Source: an uncultured Gemmatimonadales bacterium (GTDB taxonomy: Bacteria; Gemmatimonadota; Gemmatimonadetes; Gemmatimonadales; GWC2-71-9). From it: 64,000 bases of DNA. Location of the stretch: assembly GCA_963846545.1 (NCBI GenBank), contig CAWJWG010000001.1:2890055-2954054 (forward strand), read 5' to 3'. Below, piece by piece: positions 27,021-35,467 of the stretch. Below the pieces are notes generated by a model. That model was not told the DNA's origin. It did no database searches and saw only the letters and a list, made by a program, of their open reading frames with translations. Position 1 is the first letter of the stretch; each line of letters starts with the position of its first letter. Position numbers and translations under genes: made by a program.

Positions 27021-27046
27021 GCGGCCTCTCGGGTTCGAGAGGCCGC
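27021..27046 (-). terminator. Intrinsic-terminator-like hairpin in the cimA 5' leader (candidate attenuator)
   Basis: On the minus strand: GCGGCCTCTCG-AACC-CGAGAGGCCGC (11-bp stem) followed by TCCTTTTTCC, then GGGAGTGTC and the cimA ATG (27001). No upstream gene on the same strand ends here. Confidence 0.45.
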
Positions 27047-27160
27047 GTGTCGCTGCTGGACGGGTGGTTCGCTACCCGTGAGCCCGCGCGCCGCCTCTCC
27101 AGGAGAGTCGGAGGCGAATAATCGCGAGCGGATTGCGGGTGGCGGTCATCAGCATGCATA

Positions 27161-27190
27161 TCTATACAGTGCGGGAGGCCAAGGCGTCAA
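27161..27190 (-). promoter_or_regulatory. Sigma-70-like promoter candidate for cimA
   Basis: Minus strand TTGACG (27185-27190), 18-nt spacer, TATAGA (27161-27166), or 17 nt to GTATAG. Located in the divergent cimA/sufE intergenic region. Confidence 0.4.
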
Positions 27191-27236
27191 GCTTCCCCGC
27201 TGCCCTGCCACCCCGGCGTGGAGTACTATTCCCCGC

Positions 27237-27651
27237 ATGTCCGTTCTCGATACCATCATTCCGCGCTTCAAAGCCGCCGACCGCACCACACGGCTGGAGA
27301 CGCTGCTCGACTACTCGACGGAAGCTCCCGCCGCTTCCGGAGCGGCTGGAGCAGGAGAAGGCTCAAGGCGAGCATCGGGTCCACGAGTGCCAGACCCCGG
27401 TCTTTCTGTGGGTCGAAGTCGAGAACGGGCAGGTTCACATCCATGCCGACGTCCCCCGCGAATCGCCCACCGTGCGGGGATTCGTCTCCCTGCTGGCCCG
27501 CTCGCTCGACGGCGCACCGCCCGAGGCGGTGGCCCGCATCCCCGACGACCTCCTCGATCAGCTCGGTCTGAGCGAGACGCTAGGCATGACCCGCACCCAG
27601 GGACTCACCGCCATCCTGCATCGTATCAAGCGCACTGTGGCCGCCGCCTGA
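27237..27651 (+). pseudogene. sufE: SufE-like sulfur acceptor, coding sequence split by a 1-nt frame change near 27318
   Basis: Codons 1-27 (MSVLDTIIPRFKAADRTTRLETLLDYS) are in the frame of ORF 26991... The remainder (RKLPPLPERLEQEKAQGEHRVHECQTPVFLWVEV...RIKRTVAAA, stop 27649-27651) is in the frame of ORF 27133..27651. Joined, the two parts give a ~137-aa SufE with the conserved Cys loop. Confidence 0.7.
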
Positions 27652-28772
27652 TGCTCGGCGTTCTCGAGATCGCCGGACGAGGCTCGGGCTTCCTCCGGCG
27701 CCGCGAGGCGGGGTACCTCCCCGCCAACGGCGACGTCCATGTCGGCGAGCGGGTGATCCGCCAGTTCGGGCTCCGGGTCGGTGACGAGATCGAGGGCGAG
27801 GCCCGAGCCGGCGGCAAGGGACGCGGGGCTACCCTCGAACGGGTGAGCGCCATTCACGGCCACGCCCCCGACCAGATCCGCACCCGTCCCGAATTCACCC
27901 GCCTCACCGCCATCCACCCCAACGAGCTGATCCGCCTGGAGACCCGCCTGGTGCGCGGGGGACAGCCGGACCATACGAACCGGGTGATCGACTTGCTCTG
28001 TCCGCTCGGGAAGGGCCAGCGCGGCCTGATCGTGGCACCGGCCAAGGCCGGCAAGACGATGGTCCTCCAGGCGATCGCCGAAGGCGTGAACGCGAACTAC
28101 CCCGCCGCCGATCTCCTCATCCTGCTGGTGGACGAGCGGCCGGAGGAGGTCTTCGAGATGGAGGCGACGGGGGTCGGCGAGGTGATCGCCTCCAGCTTCG
28201 ACAATCCCGCGTCACAGCACGTCGCGGTGGCCGAGCTGACGCTGGAGCGGGCGCGGCGCCGGGTGGAGCTGGGGGAGGATGTGGTGCTGATCGTCGATTC
28301 GCTCACCCGCCTCGCGCGGGCGTACAACGCCGTCGAGAAGGGCACCGGCCGCACCCTCTCCGGGGGCCTCGATGCGCAGTCACTGGAGAAGCCGAAGCGG
28401 TTCCTCGGCAGCGCGCGCAAGGTGGAACCGACCAAGGGCGGCGGCTCGCTCACCATCATCGCCACCGCCCTGGTGGACACCGGCAGCAAGATGGATCAGG
28501 TGATCTTCGAGGAGTTCAAGGGCACCGGCAACAGCGAGCTGGTGCTGAGCCGGGAGCTCGCCGAGCGGCGGATTTTCCCGGCGATCGACCTGGTGGCGAG
28601 CGCCACCCGCCGCGAGGAGCTGCTGTTCGATCCGCCGACGCTCGCGGCATCCCACGCGCTGCGCCAGCGGATCGCGGGCATGACGCCGATCAACGCGATG
28701 AACGACCTGATCACCGACTTTCGGCGATACCCTACCAACGCGGAGCTGGTGAAGAGCCTGAACGGAGGCTGA
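27651..28772 (+). CDS. rho: Transcription termination factor Rho (short form starting at the OB-fold RNA-binding domain)
   Basis: C-terminal 373 codons of ORF 26991..28772. MLGVLEIAGRGSGFLRR...YLPANGDVHVGERVIRQFGLRVGDEI is the CSD-like domain. Also Walker A GLIVAPAKAGKT, LLVDERPEEV, and TALVDTGSKMDQVIFEEFKGTGNSEL. The ATG at 27651 overlaps the sufE TGA by 1 nt. Confidence 0.9.
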   Translation: MLGVLEIAGRGSGFLRRREAGYLPANGDVHVGERVIRQFGLRVGDEIEGEARAGGKGRGATLERVSAIHGHAPDQIRTRPEFTRLTAIHPNELIRLETRLVRGGQPDHTNRVIDLLCPLGKGQRGLIVAPAKAGKTMVLQAIAEGVNANYPAADLLILLVDERPEEVFEMEATGVGEVIASSFDNPASQHVAVAELTLERARRRVELGEDVVLIVDSLTRLARAYNAVEKGTGRTLSGGLDAQSLEKPKRFLGSARKVEPTKGGGSLTIIATALVDTGSKMDQVIFEEFKGTGNSELVLSRELAERRIFPAIDLVASATRREELLFDPPTLAASHALRQRIAGMTPINAMNDLITDFRRYPTNAELVKSLNGG

Positions 28773-28773
28773 G

Positions 28774-30147
28774 CTAGTTCCCCACGGCCTTCGCCACCTC
28801 GTCCAGACGCCGCTCGATCTCCGCCTGCGGCAGCCACCGACCTCGCACCATCACCCCAGAACGCCGCGCCGTGTTCCGGATGTCGGCCAGCGGATCGGCA
28901 TCCAGCAGTATCAGGTCGGCCCGCCTCCCCTTCTCGATCGTCCCCGTCTCCTTGGTCGTTGCGAAGTACCTGGCCACGTTGCGCGTCCCGGTCTCCAGCG
29001 CCTGGTAGGGTGTGAGGCCCGCGCCCACCAGCGCCTCCAGCTCGCGGTGGGTCGAGAAGCCCGGCACGTTGTAGATCTGCGGCGCGTCGGAGCCGAGCAG
29101 GAGTCCGGCGCCGGCATCGTGCAACGCCTTGATCAGCCGGCGGCGGACCTCGACCGTGCGCCGGGCCGACTCGAGCGTGCTCCCGGTCTCCTCCAGCATG
29201 CCGTCCTTCACCTCCGCCCACTGGGTGCGCGTCGCCGCCGGCACGAATCGCATCTCCGGCCGCTGCGCCAGGTCGTAGCTCGTCCCCGCGACGATCAGGT
29301 TCTCCAAGAGGACCTGGGTCGGCACGTTCCACACACCCGCCTTCTTCGTCGCCTGGACCAGCGCCGGCATCTTGGCCTCGTCCAGCTGCTCGCCGAAGTT
29401 GAGCCCGAAGAAGGCCGACTCCTCCGGCTTCAGCGTGGTCCCGTCGCGCAACATCGCCTCGATGTAGCCGTCGAGGTGCTCGATGGAGGCGTACCGAGCC
29501 TCGATCGCGCGGGCGAGGCCGACCTGCTCCGGGACGTGGCCCGCGAATGGAATGCCCACGCGCCGGGCCGTGGCGACAAGCGTGTCGAATGACGCTCGAC
29601 TCAGGCCAGGGTGGATCTTGAGGAGATCGTAGCCGGCCTCCTTCTGCTCGACCACTGCCCTCGCGGCCGCGCCCGGATCGGGAATGGTGTTTCCGCTGAA
29701 CGAGGGACCGGCGGCATAGATCGTCGGACTCAGGATTTCGTTTCTCGCGGCGCGGACCCGGAGCTCGAGGTGCCGCGGATGCCCCAGCATGCCGCGGACC
29801 GTGGTGATGCCGCCCGCGACGTACAGGAACAGCGTGCGCTCCACCACGCTGTCCGAGGCCTGACCGCCCGGGAGATGCCCGTGCATCTCGGCGAGGCCCG
29901 GGATGAGATACTTGCCTTTGCCGTCCACCCGCACGCCATCATTTGGCACCTTCACCCGGGCGACCGGTCCGATCTCCACGATTCGCCCTCCGCGCACCAG
30001 CACCGTCTGGCCCGGGATCTTCCGCTCGCGATCCATCGGGATCACGGTGACGTCCACGAACGCGGTCACCGTGTCCGGTGGCTGGTCCCCGGATGAATCG
30101 GTCCGCTCTCCCGAGATGGTCGCGAGGGCCAGCATGAGGGTCAGCAT
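28774..30147 (-). CDS. Amidohydrolase-family metallohydrolase (secreted/periplasmic)
   Basis: ORF track, 457 aa. N-terminal signal, metal motif PGLAEMHGHL, and later GSDAP... region. Confidence 0.8.
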   Translation of the reverse strand: MLTLMLALATISGERTDSSGDQPPDTVTAFVDVTVIPMDRERKIPGQTVLVRGGRIVEIGPVARVKVPNDGVRVDGKGKYLIPGLAEMHGHLPGGQASDSVVERTLFLYVAGGITTVRGMLGHPRHLELRVRAARNEILSPTIYAAGPSFSGNTIPDPGAAARAVVEQKEAGYDLLKIHPGLSRASFDTLVATARRVGIPFAGHVPEQVGLARAIEARYASIEHLDGYIEAMLRDGTTLKPEESAFFGLNFGEQLDEAKMPALVQATKKAGVWNVPTQVLLENLIVAGTSYDLAQRPEMRFVPAATRTQWAEVKDGMLEETGSTLESARRTVEVRRRLIKALHDAGAGLLLGSDAPQIYNVPGFSTHRELEALVGAGLTPYQALETGTRNVARYFATTKETGTIEKGRRADLILLDADPLADIRNTARRSGVMVRGRWLPQAEIERRLDEVAKAVGN

Positions 30148-30219
30148 GGAGACTCCTGAAGACGAGGAAGGGTCGCCCGAGCCGTACGCGCCCGGGCGAC
30201 CCTCCGTTTCATTGCGCGA

Positions 30220-31326
30220 TCACGCCTTCGCGGCGGCCCGATTCGCCTGCTCGAACTCCTTCATGAACGCCACCAGCGCCTCGATCGCGGCACGGGGGCA
30301 CGCATTGTAGATGCTGGCCCGCATCCCGCCGGCGTTCCGGTGTCCCTTGAGGCCGTCGAGCCCGCGCTTGGTCGCCTCGCCGATGAACTTGGTCTCCAGC
30401 TCCTCGGTCGGCGCCCGGAAACACACGTTCATCATCGAGCGGCTGTCCACCTGGGCGGTGCCGCGGAAGAAGTCGCTCTGGTCGATATAGTCGTACAGCA
30501 GCGCGGCCTTCGCCTCGTTGTGCTTCGCCATCGCCGCCAGACCACCCTGGCCCTGGATCCACTTGAAGATCTCCCCCATCACGTAGATCCCGAAAGTCGG
30601 CGGCGTGTTGTACAGCGACTTCTCCGCCGCGTGGGTCCGGTACTGCAGCATCGTCGGCAGGGTCTTGGGGCCGGCCTCGACCAGGTCGTCACGAATGATC
30701 ACGAGCACCACGCCCGACGGCCCGAGGTTCTTCTGCGCGCCGGCGTAGATCAGCCCGTACTTGCTCACGTCGATCGGCCGGCTGTACATGTCGCTCGACG
30801 TGTCGGCCACGAGCGGCACGCCGGCGGGCACCGAGGGCTCCGCCCTCCACTGGGTGCCGTAGATCGTGTTGTTCGTCGTCAGGTGTACGTAGGCGGGCCG
30901 CTCCGAGTACGCGATCTCGCTCGGCTTCGGTATCCGGTCGAAGTTGGTCGCCTCCCCGGTCGCCGCGATGTGGACCTTCGCGCCCAGGATCTTGGCTTCC
31001 TTCACCGCCTTCTGCGCCCAGACACCGGTGAGCAGATAGTCCGCCGTCCGGTCCGCCGGCAGCAGGTTCATCGGCACCGTCGAGAACTGCAGCGACGCCC
31101 CGCCCTGGAGGAACAGCACGCGGTAGGTGTCGGGGATGCCCGCGAGGTCACGACACGCCTGCTCCGCCTCGTCACGGATCTTGTCGAACACCTTGCCCCG
31201 GTGACTGTGCTCCATGATCCCGATCCCGCTGCCCGCCGCGTCCCAGATGGCCTCCTGCGCCTTCTTGAGCACGGGCTCGGGGAGGACGGCGGGACCCGCG
31301 GAGAAATTGAAGATTCGCTTGCTCAT
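30220..31326 (-). CDS. serC: Phosphoserine aminotransferase
   Basis: ORF 30220..31335 trimmed to ATG 31324-31326 ([20 protein letters not shown]...), a class-V aminotransferase. It lies directly downstream of serA. Confidence 0.9.
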   Translation of the reverse strand: MSKRIFNFSAGPAVLPEPVLKKAQEAIWDAAGSGIGIMEHSHRGKVFDKIRDEAEQACRDLAGIPDTYRVLFLQGGASLQFSTVPMNLLPADRTADYLLTGVWAQKAVKEAKILGAKVHIAATGEATNFDRIPKPSEIAYSERPAYVHLTTNNTIYGTQWRAEPSVPAGVPLVADTSSDMYSRPIDVSKYGLIYAGAQKNLGPSGVVLVIIRDDLVEAGPKTLPTMLQYRTHAAEKSLYNTPPTFGIYVMGEIFKWIQGQGGLAAMAKHNEAKAALLYDYIDQSDFFRGTAQVDSRSMMNVCFRAPTEELETKFIGEATKRGLDGLKGHRNAGGMRASIYNACPRAAIEALVAFMKEFEQANRAAAKA

Positions 31327-31338
31327 ACGCGCCACCGG

Positions 31339-32565
31339 TCAGAGGTCGGATGTGGGAGGGTCGATCTGGTTCAGCTCGACGCTGATGATATCGGCATTGC
31401 CGGATTTGATCTGCTCCAGCGCGTCGTTGCTCGGGGTGCCGTCGAGGTGGATCCGCGCCAGTGTGGCCTGCGCGCCATGGTAGATGATGTTCTCCACCTC
31501 TTCCACGTTGATCGACGCGGCGGCGAGGACGGCGAACACGTGGGCGAGGACGCCGGGTCGGTTCCGGTGCCGGATGACGAGCACGTGGGTCGCCGAGCTG
31601 CGGGCGAGGCGGTTGACCACGTTGGGGACCTCGCCTGTGGCCTGGAACGCCTGCACGATGCGGATCACCTCGTGCGCGATCGCCACCTGCGCCTGCTCGG
31701 TGGACGCGCCGATGTGATGGGTGCCGTAGACGCCCGGCGTGTCGAGGATCGGGCTGGTGAACTTGGCGCTGCTCCCCGCCGGCTCGTTCTGGAACACGTC
31801 GAGCCCGACGCGCAGATGCTTCTCGGCCACCGCCTGCCGGAGCGCGATCTCGTCCACCACCGAGCCGCGCGACGTGTTGATGAGATAGGCGCCGGGCCGC
31901 ATCGCGGCCAGGAACTCCGCGTTCACCAGGTGCTTGGTCTCGGCGTTGGCCGCCACGTTGATGGTGACCGCGTCGGCCAGCCGGGCCACCTCGAGCGGAC
32001 TCTGCGCATAGGCGAGGCCGAGGCGCTCCGCCTCCTCGTGGGTGAGCGTCCGCGACCAGGCCAGAACCCGCATGCCGAACGCGCGCGCCCGGGCCGCGAT
32101 CTCCTTGCCGATCTGTCCCAGACCCACGATGCCGAGCGTCCGGCCGTAGAGCCCGCGCGCCTTGGAGTACTCGCCCTTGCTCCACGTGCCCTTGCGGAGG
32201 TCGGCCACCTGATCGGGAATCCGCCGGTCGCACGCCAGCAGCAGGCCGAGCACCAGCTCGGCCACCGCGATCGAGTTCTTGCCGGGACAGTTGGAGATGA
32301 AGATGCCTCGGCTGGATGCGGTCGCTACATCGATGGTGTCGATGCCCGCGCCCGCGCGGATCACCAGCGTCAGCGAGGTGCCGGCGTGGAGCGTCGCCGC
32401 GGTGACCTTGGTGCCGCGCACGATCAGGATGTGCGGGTCGGCATCCTTGATCGCCCCGGGCAACGCCTCGGCGGTGAGATCCGGCTGCGACACGACGGTG
32501 CAGCCCAGCTCCTTCAGACCATCGATGCCGACCTTTTCGAACTTGTCGGCGATTAGCACCTTCAT
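31339..32565 (-). CDS. serA: D-3-phosphoglycerate dehydrogenase with C-terminal ACT domain
   Basis: ORF track, 408 aa. NAD motif GIVGLGQIGKEIA, catalytic ...THHIGAST, and a C-terminal ACT-like regulatory segment. Confidence 0.9.
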   Translation of the reverse strand: MKVLIADKFEKVGIDGLKELGCTVVSQPDLTAEALPGAIKDADPHILIVRGTKVTAATLHAGTSLTLVIRAGAGIDTIDVATASSRGIFISNCPGKNSIAVAELVLGLLLACDRRIPDQVADLRKGTWSKGEYSKARGLYGRTLGIVGLGQIGKEIAARARAFGMRVLAWSRTLTHEEAERLGLAYAQSPLEVARLADAVTINVAANAETKHLVNAEFLAAMRPGAYLINTSRGSVVDEIALRQAVAEKHLRVGLDVFQNEPAGSSAKFTSPILDTPGVYGTHHIGASTEQAQVAIAHEVIRIVQAFQATGEVPNVVNRLARSSATHVLVIRHRNRPGVLAHVFAVLAAASINVEEVENIIYHGAQATLARIHLDGTPSNDALEQIKSGNADIISVELNQIDPPTSDL

Positions 32566-32588
32566 TGGAGCTCCACGAAATGAACGGA

Positions 32589-32688
32589 AAGCTATGAGCT
32601 ATGAGCTATGAGCTAGAAGCTATCGGAGGTGCTTGCCGCGCGTTGGGATCGGTGCCCGACATAGCTCATAGCTCATAGCTTATAGCTC
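32589..32688. repeat. Inverted tandem-heptamer array, locus 2: 5 x (R)AGCTAK, 37-nt GC-rich spacer, 4 x ATAGCTY
   Basis: Left arm AAGCTAT GAGCTAT GAGCTAT GAGCTAG AAGCTAT (32589-32623). Spacer 32624-32660. Right arm ATAGCTC ATAGCTC ATAGCTT ATAGCTC (32661-32688). The DUF1015 stop TGA (32687-32689) lies in the last unit, and the serA start is 23 nt beyond the other end. Confidence 0.9.
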
Positions 32689-33910
32689 ACAACCGGTGCA
32701 CGAACAGCCCGCTGCGCAGCTTGGGCTCGAACCAGGTGCTCTTGGGCGGCATGATGTGGCCCGCGTCGGACACGGCCATGAGCTGGTCCAGCGTGGTGGG
32801 ATAGAGCGAGAAGCCGACCGCCATCTCGCCCGATTCCACCCGCCGCTGAAGCTCGGCCGGTCCCCGAATCCCGCCCACGAAGTCGATACGCTTGTCCGTC
32901 CGAGGGTCACCGATGCCGAGGATCGGCCCGAGCACGCGATCCTGGAGCAACGACACGTCGAGCGACGCGATCGGATCCGAGCGGTCGATGCTCGCCGGGT
33001 CCAGCTCCAGGCGATGCCAGGCGCCGCCGAGGTAGAGCGCAAAGACTCCACTGCGATCCGGCGCTGGATCACGGGTCGGCGTGAGCTTGCCCAGCTTCCC
33101 GATCCGGGCGAGCACCTCGGCCGGTGTCTGACCCTTCAGGTCGCGCACCATGCGATTGTAGGGAAGAATCCGCAGCTCGCTCGACGGAAAGAGCACCGCC
33201 AGGAACCAGTTGTACTCCTCGTCCCCGTGGTGGCTGGGGTTGGCCGCCCGGCGCTCCTTTCCCGCGCGCCAGGCGCTGGCGGAGCGGTGGTGTCCATCGG
33301 CGACGTAGGAGTGCGGCACGGCGCCGAAGGCGCGGACCAGCGCGGCGGGATCGGGCACCGTCCACACGGTGTGGCGCACGCCGTCGGGCGCGGTGAAGTC
33401 GTAGAGCGGTGCCGTCGCCACGATCCGCTCGACCTGCGCGTCGATCGCCGGCTCCGCACGATAGGTGAGAAAGACGGGCTCGGCATTGGCGTTCAGGGTG
33501 AGGACGTGGCGCGTGCGATCGTCTTCCTTGTCCTGCCGGGTCTTCTCGTGCTTCCGGATGAGATCGCGCTCGTAGTCGTCCACGTGCACGCACCCCACCA
33601 CACCGGTCTGGGTCCGGCCGTCCATCACCTGGCGGTAGAGGAACAGCCCGGGCTTCGCGTCCTCGACCAGCGTCCCTGAGGAGAGCAGCTCATCGAGGGC
33701 CGCCCGTGCCCGCGCGTAGATCCGCGGGTCGTACGGGTCCACCTCCGGGGGGAGGTCGATGTCCGACCGGCCCACGTGCAGGAAGCTGTGCGGGTTCCCC
33801 CGGGCCAACTCGGCGGCCTCGGCGCGGTTCACCACGTCGTAGGGCACCGCGGCGACGCGGGCCGCGAGGTCTGGCCGGGGACGGACTGCCCGGAAGGGGT
33901 TCAGGCGCAT
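32687..33910 (-). CDS. DUF1015 domain-containing protein
   Basis: ORF track, 407 aa. MRLNPFRAVRPRPDLAARVAAVPYDVV... and ADGHHRSASA are typical of DUF1015. It commonly neighbours serA/serC. Confidence 0.8.
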   Translation of the reverse strand: MRLNPFRAVRPRPDLAARVAAVPYDVVNRAEAAELARGNPHSFLHVGRSDIDLPPEVDPYDPRIYARARAALDELLSSGTLVEDAKPGLFLYRQVMDGRTQTGVVGCVHVDDYERDLIRKHEKTRQDKEDDRTRHVLTLNANAEPVFLTYRAEPAIDAQVERIVATAPLYDFTAPDGVRHTVWTVPDPAALVRAFGAVPHSYVADGHHRSASAWRAGKERRAANPSHHGDEEYNWFLAVLFPSSELRILPYNRMVRDLKGQTPAEVLARIGKLGKLTPTRDPAPDRSGVFALYLGGAWHRLELDPASIDRSDPIASLDVSLLQDRVLGPILGIGDPRTDKRIDFVGGIRGPAELQRRVESGEMAVGFSLYPTTLDQLMAVSDAGHIMPPKSTWFEPKLRSGLFVHRL

Positions 33911-33946
33911 GGCGGGCCCTATCCTACGCGGGCGCGTGAGGGGGCG

Positions 33947-35467
33947 TCAAGCGGGGCGGATGGCGCGCTCGAACACGCCGAGCACCCCGTCCACGGCCAG
34001 GGCGAGCAGCGCCGCCGGAATCGCACCCGAGAGGATCATGCGCGTATCGGAGAGCGCCAGCCCCGCCGCGATGGGATCGCCGAGGCCACCCGCCCCGATG
34101 AACGCGGCGAGCGTGGCGGTCCCCACGTTGATCACCGCCGCCGTCCGGATGCCCGCCATGATCACCGGAGCGGCCAGCGGCAGCCGGACGTGGCGCAGAA
34201 TCTGGCCGGGTGTCATGCCCAGCGCGCGGCCCGCGGCCACCGCGTCGGGGGCGGCCTCGCGGACACCGGTGTAGGTGTTCCGGAGGATCGGATAGAGGGA
34301 ATAGAGGTAGAGGGCGACCACCGCCGGCAGGAGCCCGATGCCGAGCAGCGGGATCATGAAGGCCAGCAGCGCGATGCCGGGCATCGTCTGGAGCACGCCG
34401 GCGATGCGCACCGCGGGCTCGGCGGCGCGCGGCAACCGCTCGAGCGCCAGGCCCGCCGGGACCGCGGTGGCGATCGCCGCGGCGAGGGAGAGGGCCACCA
34501 GCAGCAGATGCCGGCCAGTGAGCCGCAGCAGCTCGCCTCGTCGCTCCCAGAGATAAGGCAGCAGGCTCTGGCGGCCGCGCGGCGCCTCGTGCGCCGCCAC
34601 GGTCGGCGTCGCGGTGAGCCCCAGCGCCGCCAGCGCGTCGCCCGCGATCCGCCCGACCGGCTCGCGCTCCACCTCCAGCCGCTGGTTGAGACGGCGCATC
34701 GTGGTGACGTCCAGCCGACCGCTCAGCTCGATCAACGCCGCCACCGCCTCCGGGCGTCCCCGCGCCAGCTTGCCGCTCACCAGAGCCGCCGCCTCGTACG
34801 GCGGGAAGAAATGCCGGTCGTCCCGCAGGACGACGAGATCGTAGCGCGCGATGAGTCCGTCGGTGGAATAGCCGTCGATCACGTCCACTTGGCCGGCGGC
34901 GAGCGCCTGGTATTTCACGGCCGGCAGAAGGGCGCGCACGTCGGCGAACCGGATGCCGTACGCGCCGGTGAGGCCGGGCAGTCCGTCGGGCCGGCCGATG
35001 AAGTCCGGCGTCAGCCCCGCCCGAAGAGAGCTCGCCACCCGGGCCAGATCACCCAGCGTCGCGAGCTTGTGGCGCGCGGCGGTCTCGCGACGGACCGCGA
35101 TGGCGTAGGTGTTCTCGAAGCCGAGCGGAGGGAGCCAGCGCGCGTCCCAGCGGCGGCGAAACTCCCGGCTCACGCGGTCGAACACCACTCGGGGATCGGG
35201 CGCCGGCCGCTCGTCCAGAATCGCGAGCAGGCCGGTGCCGGTGTACTCGGGATACACGTCGACCGCGCCGCTCCGGATCGCCTGAAAGGCGATCTCGGTA
35301 GCGCCCAGGCCGGGCCGCCGATCCACCCGGATGCCGCGCGCCTCGAGCAGCTGGGCAAACATCTCGGCGAGGATGTAGGACTCTCCGAACGGCTTCGACG
35401 CCACCACCACGGGCGGTGGCGCGGCCGCCTGCATCACGGCGAAGAGGAGCAGCGCGGAAACGGTCAT
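33947..35467 (-). CDS. Osmoprotectant (glycine betaine/choline-type) ABC transporter, fused substrate-binding + permease protein
   Basis: ORF 33947..35803 trimmed to ATG 35465-35467 (ATGA overlap with the ATPase stop). The N-terminal half is OpuBC-like SBP (KPFGESYILAEMFAQLLE, VDVYPEYTGTGL). The C-terminal half is the permease, with EAA-like loop YTGVREAAPDAVAAGRALGMT. Confidence 0.8.
   Translation of the reverse strand: MTVSALLLFAVMQAAAPPPVVVASKPFGESYILAEMFAQLLEARGIRVDRRPGLGATEIAFQAIRSGAVDVYPEYTGTGLLAILDERPAPDPRVVFDRVSREFRRRWDARWLPPLGFENTYAIAVRRETAARHKLATLGDLARVASSLRAGLTPDFIGRPDGLPGLTGAYGIRFADVRALLPAVKYQALAAGQVDVIDGYSTDGLIARYDLVVLRDDRHFFPPYEAAALVSGKLARGRPEAVAALIELSGRLDVTTMRRLNQRLEVEREPVGRIAGDALAALGLTATPTVAAHEAPRGRQSLLPYLWERRGELLRLTGRHLLLVALSLAAAIATAVPAGLALERLPRAAEPAVRIAGVLQTMPGIALLAFMIPLLGIGLLPAVVALYLYSLYPILRNTYTGVREAAPDAVAAGRALGMTPGQILRHVRLPLAAPVIMAGIRTAAVINVGTATLAAFIGAGGLGDPIAAGLALSDTRMILSGAIPAALLALAVDGVLGVFERAIRPA

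Noticed and set aside
27021-27046. Possible tRNA fragment because of GGTTCGA in the loop region
   Set aside because: The surrounding sequence is a simple 11-bp hairpin with no acceptor, D or anticodon arms. I interpret it as a terminator/attenuator hairpin. I recognised no tRNA genes anywhere in the window.
26991-28772. Single 593-aa ORF that would fuse the SufE N-terminus to Rho
   Set aside because: Across 27318-27650 this frame gives an Arg/Pro-rich non-protein-like sequence, while the +1 frame there encodes a full SufE core ending in TGA at 27649-27651. I therefore call two genes (frameshifted sufE plus rho), not a fusion.
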